From positions 1 to 41,481 of the forward strand of contig NKIB01014678.1 in assembly GCA_002256025.1 (NCBI GenBank): DNA of 41,481 bases. Direction: 5' to 3'. The position numbers were made by a program, and so were the translations under genes. Below, in pieces: positions 24,064 through 35,968 of this stretch. Positions within the stretch are counted from its first letter, which is position 1. Each line of letters starts with the position of its first letter. This DNA is from Asterionella formosa. Taxonomy: Eukaryota. A model generated the notes under the pieces. The model had not been told where the DNA came from. It saw nothing but the letters and a program-made list of their open reading frames with translations, and ran no database searches.

Positions 24064-25579
24064 CAGTAGATGCATGGCATAAGATCCACTTTAGGATGAA
24101 TCACAATACCAAGATGTATAAAGTGGAACAATGGTGTAGAAATCATACACGTACCAGTTACTCCCTTTGTCTAGTATTAGTTACATCAATTTGCCATGAC
24201 TCAAGTGCAAAGTACCTTATTTCTAGGATGGATTATGTACCAATTCTGTAAGTGAGGGTCAGCTTACTTGAACAATGCTTCTTTATGAGTTACAGCATAT
24301 ACATGCGTATGAATTCAAAAATAAAATTTCCATAAATTGTATGTAAATTTTATAGCATGCTATTGTTAAAGAACTCAACATTGTGGAGGTTGTGAAGTTG
24401 GCCTTGGCCCCCCAGAGCAACAGGGCCTTAGACCTGCTTGTTGTCTGCCACATACCCCGGAAACCTAGGGACTACATGAATAAAGCAGGTGGAGAATGTA
24501 GGAATCAATCCCATCACCTCAACCAACTAGCTACGCTATTCTCCCATTTTAACATACATCTATTCATTGTGTGCATGTACATATTGCCAAATGCTGTTTT
24601 ACATTGGCCAGCCACTCAAATATATGCAGGAAGCTGAACAAAATATGTAAATTATCATAATTATAACATGAATAGAATCGCAGTTGTTCCACATACTTTT
24701 CATAGTTGTAACATCTACATTGACCTCAACACCAGCCAGATATGTAATTGTTCTGATCATTAAAACAAGCATACCATAATTTTCTTCTTTCACGTTATCA
24801 CCACTTTCATGGTTGCGCAATCCATAATCAAAAAGATAAGTTGGTATCGGTCTACTGTTGTATATGATATACTTCCTCATATGCTGGTTGAGAAGAGGTG
24901 ATCCTCGTCTATCTCCATTTTGCTCAGGATCTTTCATGGAGCAATTCTGGTACTCCACAATATTGATCTTCTATTGTGGTGATACTACTTTAGTAGTATG
25001 ACAGAAACATCGATGAACGAGCTGATACTTCATATCTGATGAAATCCTAATCAGCAGAATTTATAAGTGAAATCTGCTGAATCGACGCTATTTATTTAGT
25101 TCTCCGGTTTTTTATTGAAGCGATAAGTTGTAGTATCCATATACGAGTGCTTGTTTTATGTATTTGCTCTTTAGTCATGGCCATCTTATTATAGTCACGG
25201 ATAAAAATTCCTCAAGGCAATTCGGAGGCAATTGATTTTTACTAAATGTTTTCTAGGCTAAGAAAGCAAATCACCATTCTGAACCCTGATATAGGTATAC
25301 CGGTAATTCCAATACACCTATGTATACTGGCAGTAGTATGTTTAGTATTACCAAGGAAAATTAAATCAGAAAATCATGGCTTGAGGCATTATCCAATCAT
25401 TTCTATAGCGCATTAAAACTAGCCTATTTCTAGATTTGTCCGCATTGCGCTCCAGCATTGCCCAGAACAATGGGATGGCGAATGTTTTGATGGGTGGTCA
25501 CCTCCTCATATGGAAGTTGGGTTTTAAAAAATTTGCAGAAACATTGACCTTGTCCCAATTTCTGTGGCTGAACAGCTCG

Positions 25580-27530
25580 TGTCAGCTGGGAAATTGAATC
25601 CTAAGTGTGGAGTGATGAAATTCCTTTTGTGTGGTGGGCCACACTCGGGGTGTTTCTGTTGTTAATACTACTCCTGTAGATCCTTGCGCTGAACCATGTG
25701 CAGCAAAGAATTCCGTGATTGATGTCTGACCTTGGTATCTTGAAGCCTGGAAATCTTAACCAAGTAGTGTGCTTTTTCAAGAAATTGTAAATTTTTATTA
25801 AATTTTGCTTGGAGCATATCATCTAATGGAACTGAGACAAGATGAGCATCCCTGGTGTCAATTTCCCGCCGGATTGCATAATTTCCTTTAATTTTGTCGT
25901 TGTAGGCAGAGTTTACTATACACTTAAGTTTCTCCCCGAGTGTACCTTTTTATTTCGCACTTTCCACATACTGGAAACTACCTGGTGGGACCAGCTCTGG
26001 CATTCCACATGGTAAAATTTGTGAATACCTCACTGCTTTGCGCCAACAAGCTATGTTGAGATAACCCCAAATTTTAAGGACAAAGCCAAGTTCATATTGC
26101 GAAACTATTGCTTTCCTGATAAAGCTCTTGGTTTGGTCGCTTGATTCTGATGAAAAGTGGTAATGAATTCAGATGTTCCTCTATACAGCCATGGTATGCT
26201 TCGTATAGGCGAGTAACACCGGGTAACTTTTTGCCCCGCTGATATCTTCCGAATTGCTATCCCGCATGCTGAAAATCGAAGGCCCATTTTGTACTTTGGT
26301 TTTGGGTCTTCGCACTGTATTAAATGCTCATTTTTTCATTGAGCCACAGTGGGGGCACCATGTGACTCCATTGTGTATTTGTTGTCTCCTAGCGCCAGTG
26401 GGGAGCCATCCGTTAATGTATTTGCTGATCATGAGTCCATTTTTTTCACGGTTGCAAATTAACTGCCAGGCGTATCGCCAACCATTCAATAGACAACATC
26501 CTAGTTTTTTTGAGTTGGTGCTTTCACAGGAAGTAGGTGTTGTGCTCCTTTCCTTTAATGGAAACTCGAATCTGGGCGCTCGTAAAGCTGTGAATGCGGC
26601 AATTGCCAATCTGAAGGCTGGCCTGTATTGTGGGGTAGTGAGGGGAAGTTCTCTTGTTGGGTCCTCCCATTCCAGAGGTCGGATGTTCTGTAAGAAATTG
26701 TGACGCTAGTTTGTCTGCCATCACATTCATTTTAGATTCTGATGAAAATTTGGAATTTTTTACTTTGTCCTGGTGCGCTTTAATCGATTGTAATTTAAAA
26801 AGCAATAAGCAGATAGCGGCTCAGGTGGTAGATCAGAGAGACAATGTCGGCGTTTGCTGTCAGGCGCCTGGAATGTTTGCTCCAGGAGATGAAGTTAATT
26901 CTGGCAATTGCTGCAGGACTGTTGCTCTAGATGTTTGCCTGGGAATTTGTGTCGATTTGATGATATACCACAAATTTCTGGAGGAACAGCATAGATGATG
27001 CCAACCCAAATAAATCTGCTTTTGTTGAGTTGTTCAATGAGGGTTCACTGTCTACTGGTGGACCTACACACATTGCATTCTGCTCTGGGATGGAACTTTG
27101 TGTTCTTTGAGGTGCATGGTCCATGCAAATGAGCATCTGGCATCGCTTCCCTTGATTCATCTGTGGCGATGAAACACGTTAGTCCCAATTGGTGCAATTG
27201 TCGTTGTAAACATGCCAACATCGCCAGAGAAAATTTTAAATGCTGTAATTGTCTTTTTATGTGAGGTGTAACCCCTTTATCATATGACCCCCAAATGACT
27301 GTTGGAAATCTTTTGGATCACTTCATTATGCCTCTACTAAACCTAACGGTGCCATGGGCAGCCAAGTACATCGCAGGGAACGCTCTCAGAAGGCAGCGTT
27401 GTGTCAGTTGCTTTACAGTTGTGCATATTGAATCGAAAAGTTGCCTGCCTTTCCTGTATCTGCTGCGTCATCCAAGCATGTGTCAATTCCTGGTAAATCC
27501 ATAATTATTTCCTTGTTGGGTCTAAAAGTT
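25580..27530 (-). mobile_element. Degenerate non-LTR retrotransposon 3' part (RNase H + zinc finger + C-terminal domain; resembles diatom Ambal-type LINEs)
   Basis: Across stops and frameshifts on the minus strand: FIATDES / SFAW / VDSEPSLNNSTKADLFGL / SNSPAAI / NADIV / IKAHQD...NVMADKLA (RNase H); KYINGWLPTG...CPHCG (zinc finger); KAIVSQYELG...WGYL..ACW; MWKVRNKKVH; QTSITEFF. Boundaries are approximate. Confidence 0.8.
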
Positions 27531-27739
27531 ATTCAACTTGCTTTGAGGATGTTCCAGCCATCCTCCCATATCCAATCATTACTATATTCACTGCAGTTTC
27601 CTACATACCTGTAGTAGTACCTGTAGTTAGGCCTAACTACTGGTACAATTAAGAAGAGCAAAGAAGGATGGGTGGTTTTTTCACTTTGACCAGAAAAGCC
27701 CAATTTGGAGACTTGAGGAAATCGCACACATTTCTTGAC

Positions 27740-27823
27740 TTTTGCTGACATTTCCTCCTTATGATGCATTTCCTGAATTTTGCTGACATTTCCTTATGAT
27801 GCATTTCCTGAAATTTCCTGAAA
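27740..27823. repeat. Short tandem duplication (38+35 bp units plus ATTTCCTGAAA sub-repeats)
   Basis: TTTTGCTGACATTTCCTCCTTATGATGCATTTCCTGAA followed directly by TTTTGCTGACATTTCCTTATGATGCATTTCCTGAA and ATTTCCTGAAA. Confidence 0.9.
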
Positions 27824-28848
27824 GTTGTAGTCATGTGCTGTGTGCTCTCTTGTTTTTGCAGCTAGAAGAGTTCTTCTACTGATTTCGCTGAGTCGTGCTA
27901 GGAATAGGAGGCATTCTTTATATAAGAGTATATATGTAGCCCCTGTCCGGAAACACATTTTCTGTTTCAGGAAAATAAGTGCAACTTGCAGGTTTGATTT
28001 TCAAGCTTTGAGCCCTATGTTAATAATATGTACGGAGTATTCCACTCATACGAATGAGAGTACCTGGTACCCGGTACACATCATCGTCAAAGAACCATTT
28101 CGTTCACTAAAAGTGGCTGAATGACCCATGACAATACCGGTACCGGTAGTTAGTTTGTTATACGTCAAAGGTTTTTGGGGTTAATTAGAATCACGGGGAT
28201 CCGGTCACGAGGGCGATAGCGTCGTGAAAAGGGTGGAAAGTTTAAAAAAATTCTAATTGTCGTTCGATTCTTATACCATAAATGAAATTCGACCACGCTA
28301 ATTACCGGGTAGTCGCATTCGTTTGTTATGTCGAGTTGACACGATGACATGCGCTAAAACTGTTCACAGGGTACCATGTTCCTGTAACCTGTGACGAGTG
28401 AGCGTGCTCTGCCTTTCTTACAGGTATAAATACATTGCTAGGTGATCTTTGGTACCTGGTACTCACCTGGTGCGTGGCCCATGGTCCTCAAAAAGCGGCA
28501 CCGACTACCGGTATACCGGTATGCTGTATGTACACATATATGTTTAAATGTAGGCCACACACAAGAAAGCAAACATTTTATTTACAGTAGGTATGTTTTG
28601 AACACGTGATATGTAGATAAAAATGCATAGAGTATTCAAAGTAACGGTAAACTTTCAAGTTGCGGTCATTTAGCTTAAATAAACAATTTAACACGGGATA
28701 AAAATAGCAAAGCACAATTAACGCAAGTGCCTGGTACACATGAATAACAATTTATATTTCCGCATGATCCGTGTGGTATGTGCAATAGAAAAGTAGCGAA
28801 AAAGGCCTTTGCTTTTTCTATAATTACAAGCAAGAAAAGAAACAGAGA

Positions 28849-31008
28849 ATGGGATCTGGATCTTCGCTCGTTGCTGACCTTGAAGCCAACAGGCGTCGTC
28901 ACACAAGAACATCTCATTTAGTGAAGCATATCCTTTGCTGTGATTGGCACGCTGTGCTTTCTCGAATAGAATCACATCCGCGAGAAGTGAAAACGGAATG
29001 GAACATGAATCTCTACGGGATATACCGAACTCATGTCACACCATTGCACCTCATTTGTGCTTTGCGACCTCCGTCGATGGTAGTAAAGGCCATTTTGAAT
29101 GTGGACAGTGGGCATAGCGCTGCTACATTCTTAACAAATGACAAGAAACAACGCAAGTCTACTCAAATATCACCCTCAGCGATGGAAGGTGACGAGAAAG
29201 TTTCGAAGAGTCGGTGGAACTCAGATTCGGCAATGCAAATTCGCTCCAAGAGGCTTTTGAAAAGACCAAACGGAAGAAGTGAACCAGCTTTGAGCACAAA
29301 ACATAGTACACGCCGCGGTGTCAGCGCCAGGACTTCCTCTCGCCACTTCACGAGCGTATCGCAGCGAATTGCAATTGGTGAAAGTTCTCGACAAGCAAGT
29401 GCACGGAGTTCGTCGCGCAGCTTATCAGCTCTGTCGCAGCGTATGGGTATTATTTCGCGACTTAAGCCTTCTCGAAGTGCAAGACATGAAACTTATCAAG
29501 TTCACGATGAAGATGACATCTTTGGGGATTACTCGTCGGGGCCATCGGAGCAAACAAGCCTGTTAGGTCATTCAATAGGCGTAACAGGCTCTGATTTTTA
29601 CGTTTCTCTGGAGTCAGCTCAAGATTTGTTGGTGAATCAATCGAGAATCGAAGAAGACGAGGAGGAAGAAGATCCTCATTTCCATGTCAGAGACCAACGA
29701 GATTCACCTCTCAATCAATCTGTCGACGTTTCGCCTGATGCTCCAGATTCCCATCAAACAGCAAGTGGTACTCATGAGATCACGCAATCATCCAGTTCTA
29801 ATTCTTCACGTATAGACAGAAGGGCACAGATGGTGCGACTAATCAGTAATCGAAGCTTTCAGGGGGGCTCAAATACCGTGGTTGATCCAGATTCAAGTCA
29901 TTGGCTGCCACTTCATGTTGCTTGTTTGTTTCGCGCCTCCCCAGATGTTATTCTAGCTCTGATCAGAGCATGCCCCTGGGCCACAAAAGTGATGAATGGC
30001 ATGGGTATGCTTCCTATCCATATAGTGTGCGCGGACATTACGGAGCCTCCTCCACCTGTTTTTTCTGATGCAGCGATTACCAATCTGGAATGGAATGTCG
30101 TTAGCTGTGTTCGTTTCCTGCTTCGAGCCTTTCCAGATTCCATGTTCATGACAAGCAGTAACTTGGATGATATGACACCAAACGAATATGCTATTGAAAA
30201 GTTTCCAAGAGGTGCAGATAAGGAGATCGTCTTGAACATTTTGAGGCGCTCGGTAGATTCATTTCAACCGATTGAAAGTTCAGCAACTGCCCCTAAGGTG
30301 CACTCCATTCGATACGACGAAGGTGAGGTCGCGATAAGATCAAAGGAACCAAACGAGGGAAAACCGACTAAACTTTGGTGTCACATTTCGAAACGAGAAT
30401 GGCGGCAAACTCTAATTCGAATCTCTCGAAGTCCTGACGAGGCGTCTGTATGGACCATGATTGACGATGAAGCTACATCTGGGACCGCTTGCTATCGGCT
30501 CGCCCTTCATAAGGCCTGTACTTCAGTTCCACCTCTCCATGTTGTACAAGCCTTGGTGAACGCTTACCCCAAGTCAATCAGGATTCGTGAGAAGTTCGCA
30601 ATGTTTCCCCTTCACGTGGCCTGCGCCTTTCGCGCCGACCGCAGCGTCGTTCAATTTCTGATCACCGAGTACCCATGTGCACTGAAAGCAGTTGATGCAT
30701 GGGGACGTCTGCCACTTCACGTGGCAGCAGTGGCTGGAACGACCTATTCTGTGCTTTACTTGCTGATGGAAAGTCATCCCCAAGCAGTGTTGCAAACAGA
30801 TAAGCGAGGTCGTTTGCCTATTGACTGCGTACGAAATTCAAATGCTCCTGAGAAGAACCTATTGATTTCGACATTAATGACACAGGCCATTCAGTTGGAT
30901 GAACCTCCCATGATTCCCGTATCGTCGAACCAGCCAGGAAGTACTGATACCACGTCTGGTTCGAAAAGGAGTGCCGCTCGTGCATTGGCATCTCCTTTAA
31001 GCCAGTAG
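28849..31008 (+). CDS. Ankyrin-like repeat protein ('PLHxAC' repeats) with Ser/Arg-rich insertion
   Basis: 719-aa ORF with TPLHLIC, LPLHVAC, LPIHIVC, LALHKAC, FPLHVAC and LPLHVAA repeats, most followed by 'VV..L...YP'. Two modules start with 'W...L.RI...P.E'. Confidence 0.85.
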   Translation: MGSGSSLVADLEANRRRHTRTSHLVKHILCCDWHAVLSRIESHPREVKTEWNMNLYGIYRTHVTPLHLICALRPPSMVVKAILNVDSGHSAATFLTNDKKQRKSTQISPSAMEGDEKVSKSRWNSDSAMQIRSKRLLKRPNGRSEPALSTKHSTRRGVSARTSSRHFTSVSQRIAIGESSRQASARSSSRSLSALSQRMGIISRLKPSRSARHETYQVHDEDDIFGDYSSGPSEQTSLLGHSIGVTGSDFYVSLESAQDLLVNQSRIEEDEEEEDPHFHVRDQRDSPLNQSVDVSPDAPDSHQTASGTHEITQSSSSNSSRIDRRAQMVRLISNRSFQGGSNTVVDPDSSHWLPLHVACLFRASPDVILALIRACPWATKVMNGMGMLPIHIVCADITEPPPPVFSDAAITNLEWNVVSCVRFLLRAFPDSMFMTSSNLDDMTPNEYAIEKFPRGADKEIVLNILRRSVDSFQPIESSATAPKVHSIRYDEGEVAIRSKEPNEGKPTKLWCHISKREWRQTLIRISRSPDEASVWTMIDDEATSGTACYRLALHKACTSVPPLHVVQALVNAYPKSIRIREKFAMFPLHVACAFRADRSVVQFLITEYPCALKAVDAWGRLPLHVAAVAGTTYSVLYLLMESHPQAVLQTDKRGRLPIDCVRNSNAPEKNLLISTLMTQAIQLDEPPMIPVSSNQPGSTDTTSGSKRSAARALASPLSQ

Positions 31009-31427
31009 TAATGGAAACTACACCACAACAGCGTTTGTTGCGTTGTATCACGCAATATGCATTAGTGCATATAGAAGGAGATAAAGAGCAAGATAATGGC
31101 TACTCCGGTATATTTACTACTACATAGAGAAATGGAAAGCACTTTCCCCTGACTAGTTTCATGAATTCGGGTATCGTCGCACGAATCTTACTGTCATACT
31201 TTGAGTTGCAAACCAATCACTGAATTCAACGTGAGCGCTACGTCCCATGCAAGGTACATATGTGTTCTGAAGTGACGGCATATTCACGTAGCCGCATCAA
31301 GAGTAGTAATAATGTATCAAAAGCTTGAGTGAAAATCGATGCACATTTTCAGAAACCAAGTGATTACAACCGTAACTATTCTTGATTTCCCGCATCAGTC
31401 CTATGAAATCTAGACTCAAGCATTTCT

Positions 31428-34400
31428 CTATCGCAGTCCTCGCTTTGCTCCAAGCAAAAGAGGACTCGTTGCATGAAGTACTTTACGGGTCGAACGGTCG
31501 TTCTGAGTGTCATGTGCAAGCGAATCAAAAGAGGGATCTGCTTTGCGTCGTGGAAGCCCCCTGGAGACCCCACAATCACTTGGAGATTCTTCGAAGGTGG
31601 ACAAAGCCTCTAAAGTGGATTTTGTCTTTCTTCTTGAATTGGGTGCTGACGACGGATTCACAAAGTAAGTAGGCGCAGCGCGACAGGGAAGCTCACGAGA
31701 ATCGTCCCCATACCTGGACGAATCATCCAAGCCCTGTACAGACGCGACCATTGGAGATATATCTCGTACGGGCACACCCTTTCGTATCTTCTTTTTCGGA
31801 GTAGGGGAAGGATCACCAAAAAAGGTAGGAGCAGCTTTTCGAGGGTGCGATTCACGACGCCCACCACTGGGTTTGGGTGAGTGTTCAAGCACAAACAGAG
31901 GTGTCGACAAAGACTCTTTGGTCAACTCCGCCTTGATGGGTGCTGACTTCGTTGCAATTATAACTTTCGTTGTTGCAACTTTTCTTGAATGAAGGTACTT
32001 CGTCTTTGCAACTGGAGAGGATTCCTCGAAGGACACCGGTGCGGCCTTTCGGTGAGGAAGTACTCGTTGCACGCCTCTCGGCTTCTCTTCTTCAGTCGGA
32101 CTCGAGACAGGATCCGTGCAAGGCTCGCCAGCAGGTTCTTTCTTAGTTCCAAACGAACTGTTTCGCTTTCGCTTTCGCTCTATCGTTCCAGTGAGGGGCT
32201 TGGTGGCCGAACGACCTTGTTGACTATTGGTTTTCTCTGCTATGACCTCGGACTTCTTAGATTTTAGGCCATCCGAGGCACGGTTGGTAAAGATAGGAGC
32301 AAGTGCGGCAATCTTGGTGGAATCTTTCGTGCTCGTCACAATTGTCTTTGTTGGACCACTCTCAACGATGTCCCACTGCTCCTCGTCTGCGTCCACTGTT
32401 TTTTTCATTGCTCTAGAAGGCACTGGAATACAGAAACTGGCGCTTATGTCGACCTCCATTCCCTGATTCTCATCCACCAACATCCAAATGGGACGACCCT
32501 CAGCTTTTGGCTTTTCGTCGCCCCATGTTCCTTCCTTGCGCATGGGCACCAAATGGCACCACTGCAAGTCCGGAATGTATGTTAAAACATAAAAGTACTC
32601 AAATGTTTTGTGAGAATCAGGAACGGCTCCGGGCTTGAGCCTAACCACCTTGTTAAACAATGTATTTATACCAGGGCTGTCATTTTCCTTATCAGTGGGG
32701 CTCAATTCTGGATGTGCCTTGTAAAATTCTTCCAGGTCCTCTCTATACTTTGTCAAGGCTTGTTGATACTTCAAACGTTCACCCTCATGCCCTCGTTCAT
32801 AAGGCGCCTTTTCTTCATTGGTGAGCCCTTTCCAACTCATTGCCAAAATCTTGGAGACTTCAGCTCCTGATTGACCAGCTTTCGTCACTTTGGGTCGGTA
32901 TTCGTTGCAGTACAAAAAGTACGCACTAAGAGGTCGCTTCGGTTTTTTTGGCTCACCTGGTGTCTTCGTCGGAGTCTTCTTACACTTTCCAGTAGGTGTT
33001 GTTGCACTGGTTGTAGCAGTTACCGTTGCATACAATGAGTTTGGCGGTCGCGCATACTTGGTGATGGCCGCAGCCAAAGATCGTTCCACCGGCCTGCTAT
33101 TCGCTTGAGCACCAACCCGGCGATTCAATCGCCTAGCCATCATGTAGCTCGGTTCATTCTGATCAAATGAATCGTCCGGAAAAGTCCAGTGACAGTATGG
33201 TACATGCTGGTCATCGTGAATGTGAAAGTGACTAACCTTGATACGCGTCCCCCCTTTGAGACGAGAAATAGCCAAGAGTTCGGGGAGCCGCTCTCGATTT
33301 GCTTCTACTAGTTCATTGCATTTAACTTGGAACTTTTTAGCAATCATACGGGGCGTGTCGTTCTCCTTTGCGATGAACCATTGAGGGGCATCTGAGTCGG
33401 CGGATAAATCTGATTTTTGAGACACCAAGCTAACAGCATTTCGTTTAACTTGGCCCGAGGGGACAAATAGCTTAGTTCCCTTCATCAAATAACTCCGCTG
33501 TGTAATTTCCTTGTAAATGCAATGGTTTAAGAAGACAATGTCAAATGCACAGACGTCGAGTTTCTTGGCAATCTCTGCGACAGTTTCACCAGCTCTCTCC
33601 ACTTCGTAGGTGATAACGGCACTAGAAACAACCTCTGGCAGCGACACAAGTGCGTTTGTAGGCGACGATGGTTCGACGGGGACCGCTTCGATCACAGGTT
33701 GCGATTCATTATTGGTGCTGCTTATTCCACCGACACTAGCAGCAAGCTTTTTCCGCTTGGCTTCAAAGCCTTTATCTTCAGTCATACAGCCGACTCTTAC
33801 AAACCCCATGGATTCGTAAAAGGGCAAAGAATTTTCAGTTGCCTGCAACACTACGAAATCGTAATTCTGAGTTGCAGTGGCTTTCATCCCCTCTAACTTC
33901 TCTAAAAGCAAGGAAACCAAAACTTTACCACATCCCAACCCACCCAATAGAGAAATCTCAGCGATTCTCGGCCATACAATCCCTTCATTCCATGGATCAC
34001 CACATCGTACCGTCGATTGAAGGTCGGCTGCCAGAGATCCATCTTGATCGAACTTGCGGACGCCCGCTGCCATTTGTTGTGCCAGTTTGTCGTCATCGTA
34101 GGCAAATGCGGAGTCGTGCATGGAATCCCACCGAAATGTAGACTGCCAGTTAGTAAATGTGGTGCAAGTGATGAATCCTTGTAGGCGGGAGCATGAATCG
34201 CGGATCATGTAGCCCCATAGAGGATCGTCCACGTCCTGGTTTGTTTCAGCAATATTCAGGAGTTCAAATGGTGAGATTTTCCGGCTGTGACTCAAGTTAA
34301 TCTAAGACTGCCGAGCCATGAAAAGACTCACCAGTCGGTCTGCAATATACTCCAAGCTCAACGGCTTACTCGATTTCTTGCTGGTGTCGTTTTCTTTCCG

Positions 34401-34601
34401 CGCTCGCTGCATGGCAGCATTACACAACAGAACGAGCTCGGCCATGTGGTCCACAAAATCTTCTCGTTTCTCGACAAGTTGGATGGAGGACCCAGATAAA
34501 TCACGCTGGCACTTCTCCACATTTGAAAAGTGATAGAGGGGCTGTTTCATGGGCTTTCCCGCAAAGCGCTTGGCATTGAGAGATGCGGGGGAGTCCGTCA
34601 T
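31428..34601 (-). CDS. Multidomain protein: GNAT-like acetyltransferase + 2 LysM + HMG box + beta-barrel-like domain + basic repeat tail; exons 34601-34332 and 34235-31428
   Basis: Intron 34331-34236 (GTGAG...CCAG) joins YIADRL to DVDDPLWG. GNAT: EISLLGGLGCGKVLV...VVLQATENSLPFYESMGFVRVG. LysM: ETVAEIAKKLDV...IVFLN...LMKGTKLFVP and NDTPRMIAKKFQV...LVEAN...LKGGTRIKV. HMG: PKKPKRPLSAYFLYCNEYR...SKILAMSWKGLTNEEKAPY. Confidence 0.85.
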
Positions 34602-35526
34602 ATTCAGGGACGCAACGGAACAGGAAGTAAAAGCACCCCGACTTTGAAGGAAGCAAGAGGACTTGACGAGACGCACGCACCACAGGGGTCAAAAGAAAGA
34701 AAATAGCGATCCAACCAATCCAACAGCTACTCAAACAGATGTTTCGATCGTCGAAAACGAGGCGAGGGGAAAGCAACGGCAACTATGTATAAAATACTGT
34801 ATAGCAAAATTGAAACAAAAATTTGATTTTTCAGAGTACCAGGTACGAACTTTCGTCAGTAGTACTAGGTACCATGTAAGGTACCGGAGGCAACGATCGC
34901 GCCACCTGGTACCTGTGTAAACAAGTGGCAACTATTTTATCCGTTCTTATGTAGAAGCTACGTCTCCCCTGGTATTGTTTCGAAGAAGATCACCTCAAAA
35001 CAGGAGTCCTGACTAGCTCGTGCGGCGTACTTCACAGACAGTGATGCCTCCAGAAAATGATTTTAAGGTAGTGCTAGCTCGTTTTCAAATTTTCCAGCGC
35101 GAAGGCCGTACAGTACAGGCTCGGTACACACATTCTTATTGCTACGGCGTAGGAGGCGCGCCAAATTGAAATGGTACCAGGTACCCTGGTGGTACCATCA
35201 ACAAGTACCAGGTACCATGGTATTAGTACCAGGTGCACACCTTGACAGAAGTCCTGCCTAAAATTAATAACGGAGCACAGGGCATCAGTCAACAATTTGC
35301 TTCTTGGCTGATTGAACATTCAAAAACAAGAAGGGAGAGGCAGGCCCATATGCCGGTACCAGGTACCTGGTATTAAAAGTTGTATGTTTTGCAGGTTACC
35401 TTTGGCTGGACCGTGTCACTACGATCACGTAAGAGTCTACGTGAAGAGAGACCCAGCCCGCGGGAAGGAGTACGGACCATTTCAACAACCTGGTACACTC
35501 GATACATGAAATTAATTGTCTAAGCA

Positions 35527-35746
35527 CTAGCCTTCCTGATAGATAGACTAATTGACCTTCCTGTCAATTAACAAGCTGTTTCCTCAGTTGATAATCTAAA
35601 ACTCAAATTAAATTATAAGCTAAACTAGCTAAATGTTTCCTTTCCATTCATCTTTGCTTCCTGCAAAGTCGTTCTATGACTCTCTTCGAGTTTCCACTTA
35701 ACATTTCCATAGAAATATTCAATCTTTGATCTTGTTAGACAGCTGA
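35527..35746 (-). mobile_element. ~220 bp dispersed repeat, putative non-autonomous Helitron, copy B (inverted relative to copy A)
   Basis: Reverse complement begins A|TCAGCTGTCTAAC and ends CAGGAAGGCTAG|T. Carries the same hairpin (35549-35570). Homology to copy A stops at these termini. Confidence 0.7.
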
Positions 35747-35968
35747 TTGACGTGGCAATGCATTATTCGACTTGAACGATTACAATCAAATCCACAATCC
35801 TTGTGACTTGGGCTAATATTCTTGACACCAGGTACCTGGTACCGATTTTAGAATTATGATATGCCATCAGGATGGAATCGGTACGGATTCTGCTACAAAT
35901 ACCATGGTCCATCATTAACTAATCCATCGGAAGGTGCACGAAACAAGTGAAACCTGCATCTATTCACA

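Noticed and set aside
24383..24958. 84-aa and 119-aa ORFs / possible structured RNA
   Set aside because: GTG starts, no recognisable domain, and only a weak imperfect inverted repeat; probably decayed repeat DNA.
25037..25066. Hammerhead ribozyme core (CTGATGA...GAA)
   Set aside because: No stem II or properly placed GAAA and stems I/III around this or other CTGATGA instances.
25608..25696. C/D box snoRNA (GTGATGA...CTGA with short terminal stem)
   Set aside because: No convincing >=10-nt rRNA-complementary guide was recognised, and it overlaps the antisense of the LINE relic ORF end.
22147..35746. A 13.6-kb giant TIR transposon carrying engB, the ankyrin-like gene and the GNAT-LysM-HMG gene
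   Set aside because: The inverted repeats have no flanking TSD (left ...GTAGCTA, right TTGACGT...), are noticeably diverged, each has its own Helitron-like ends, and no transposase lies between them.
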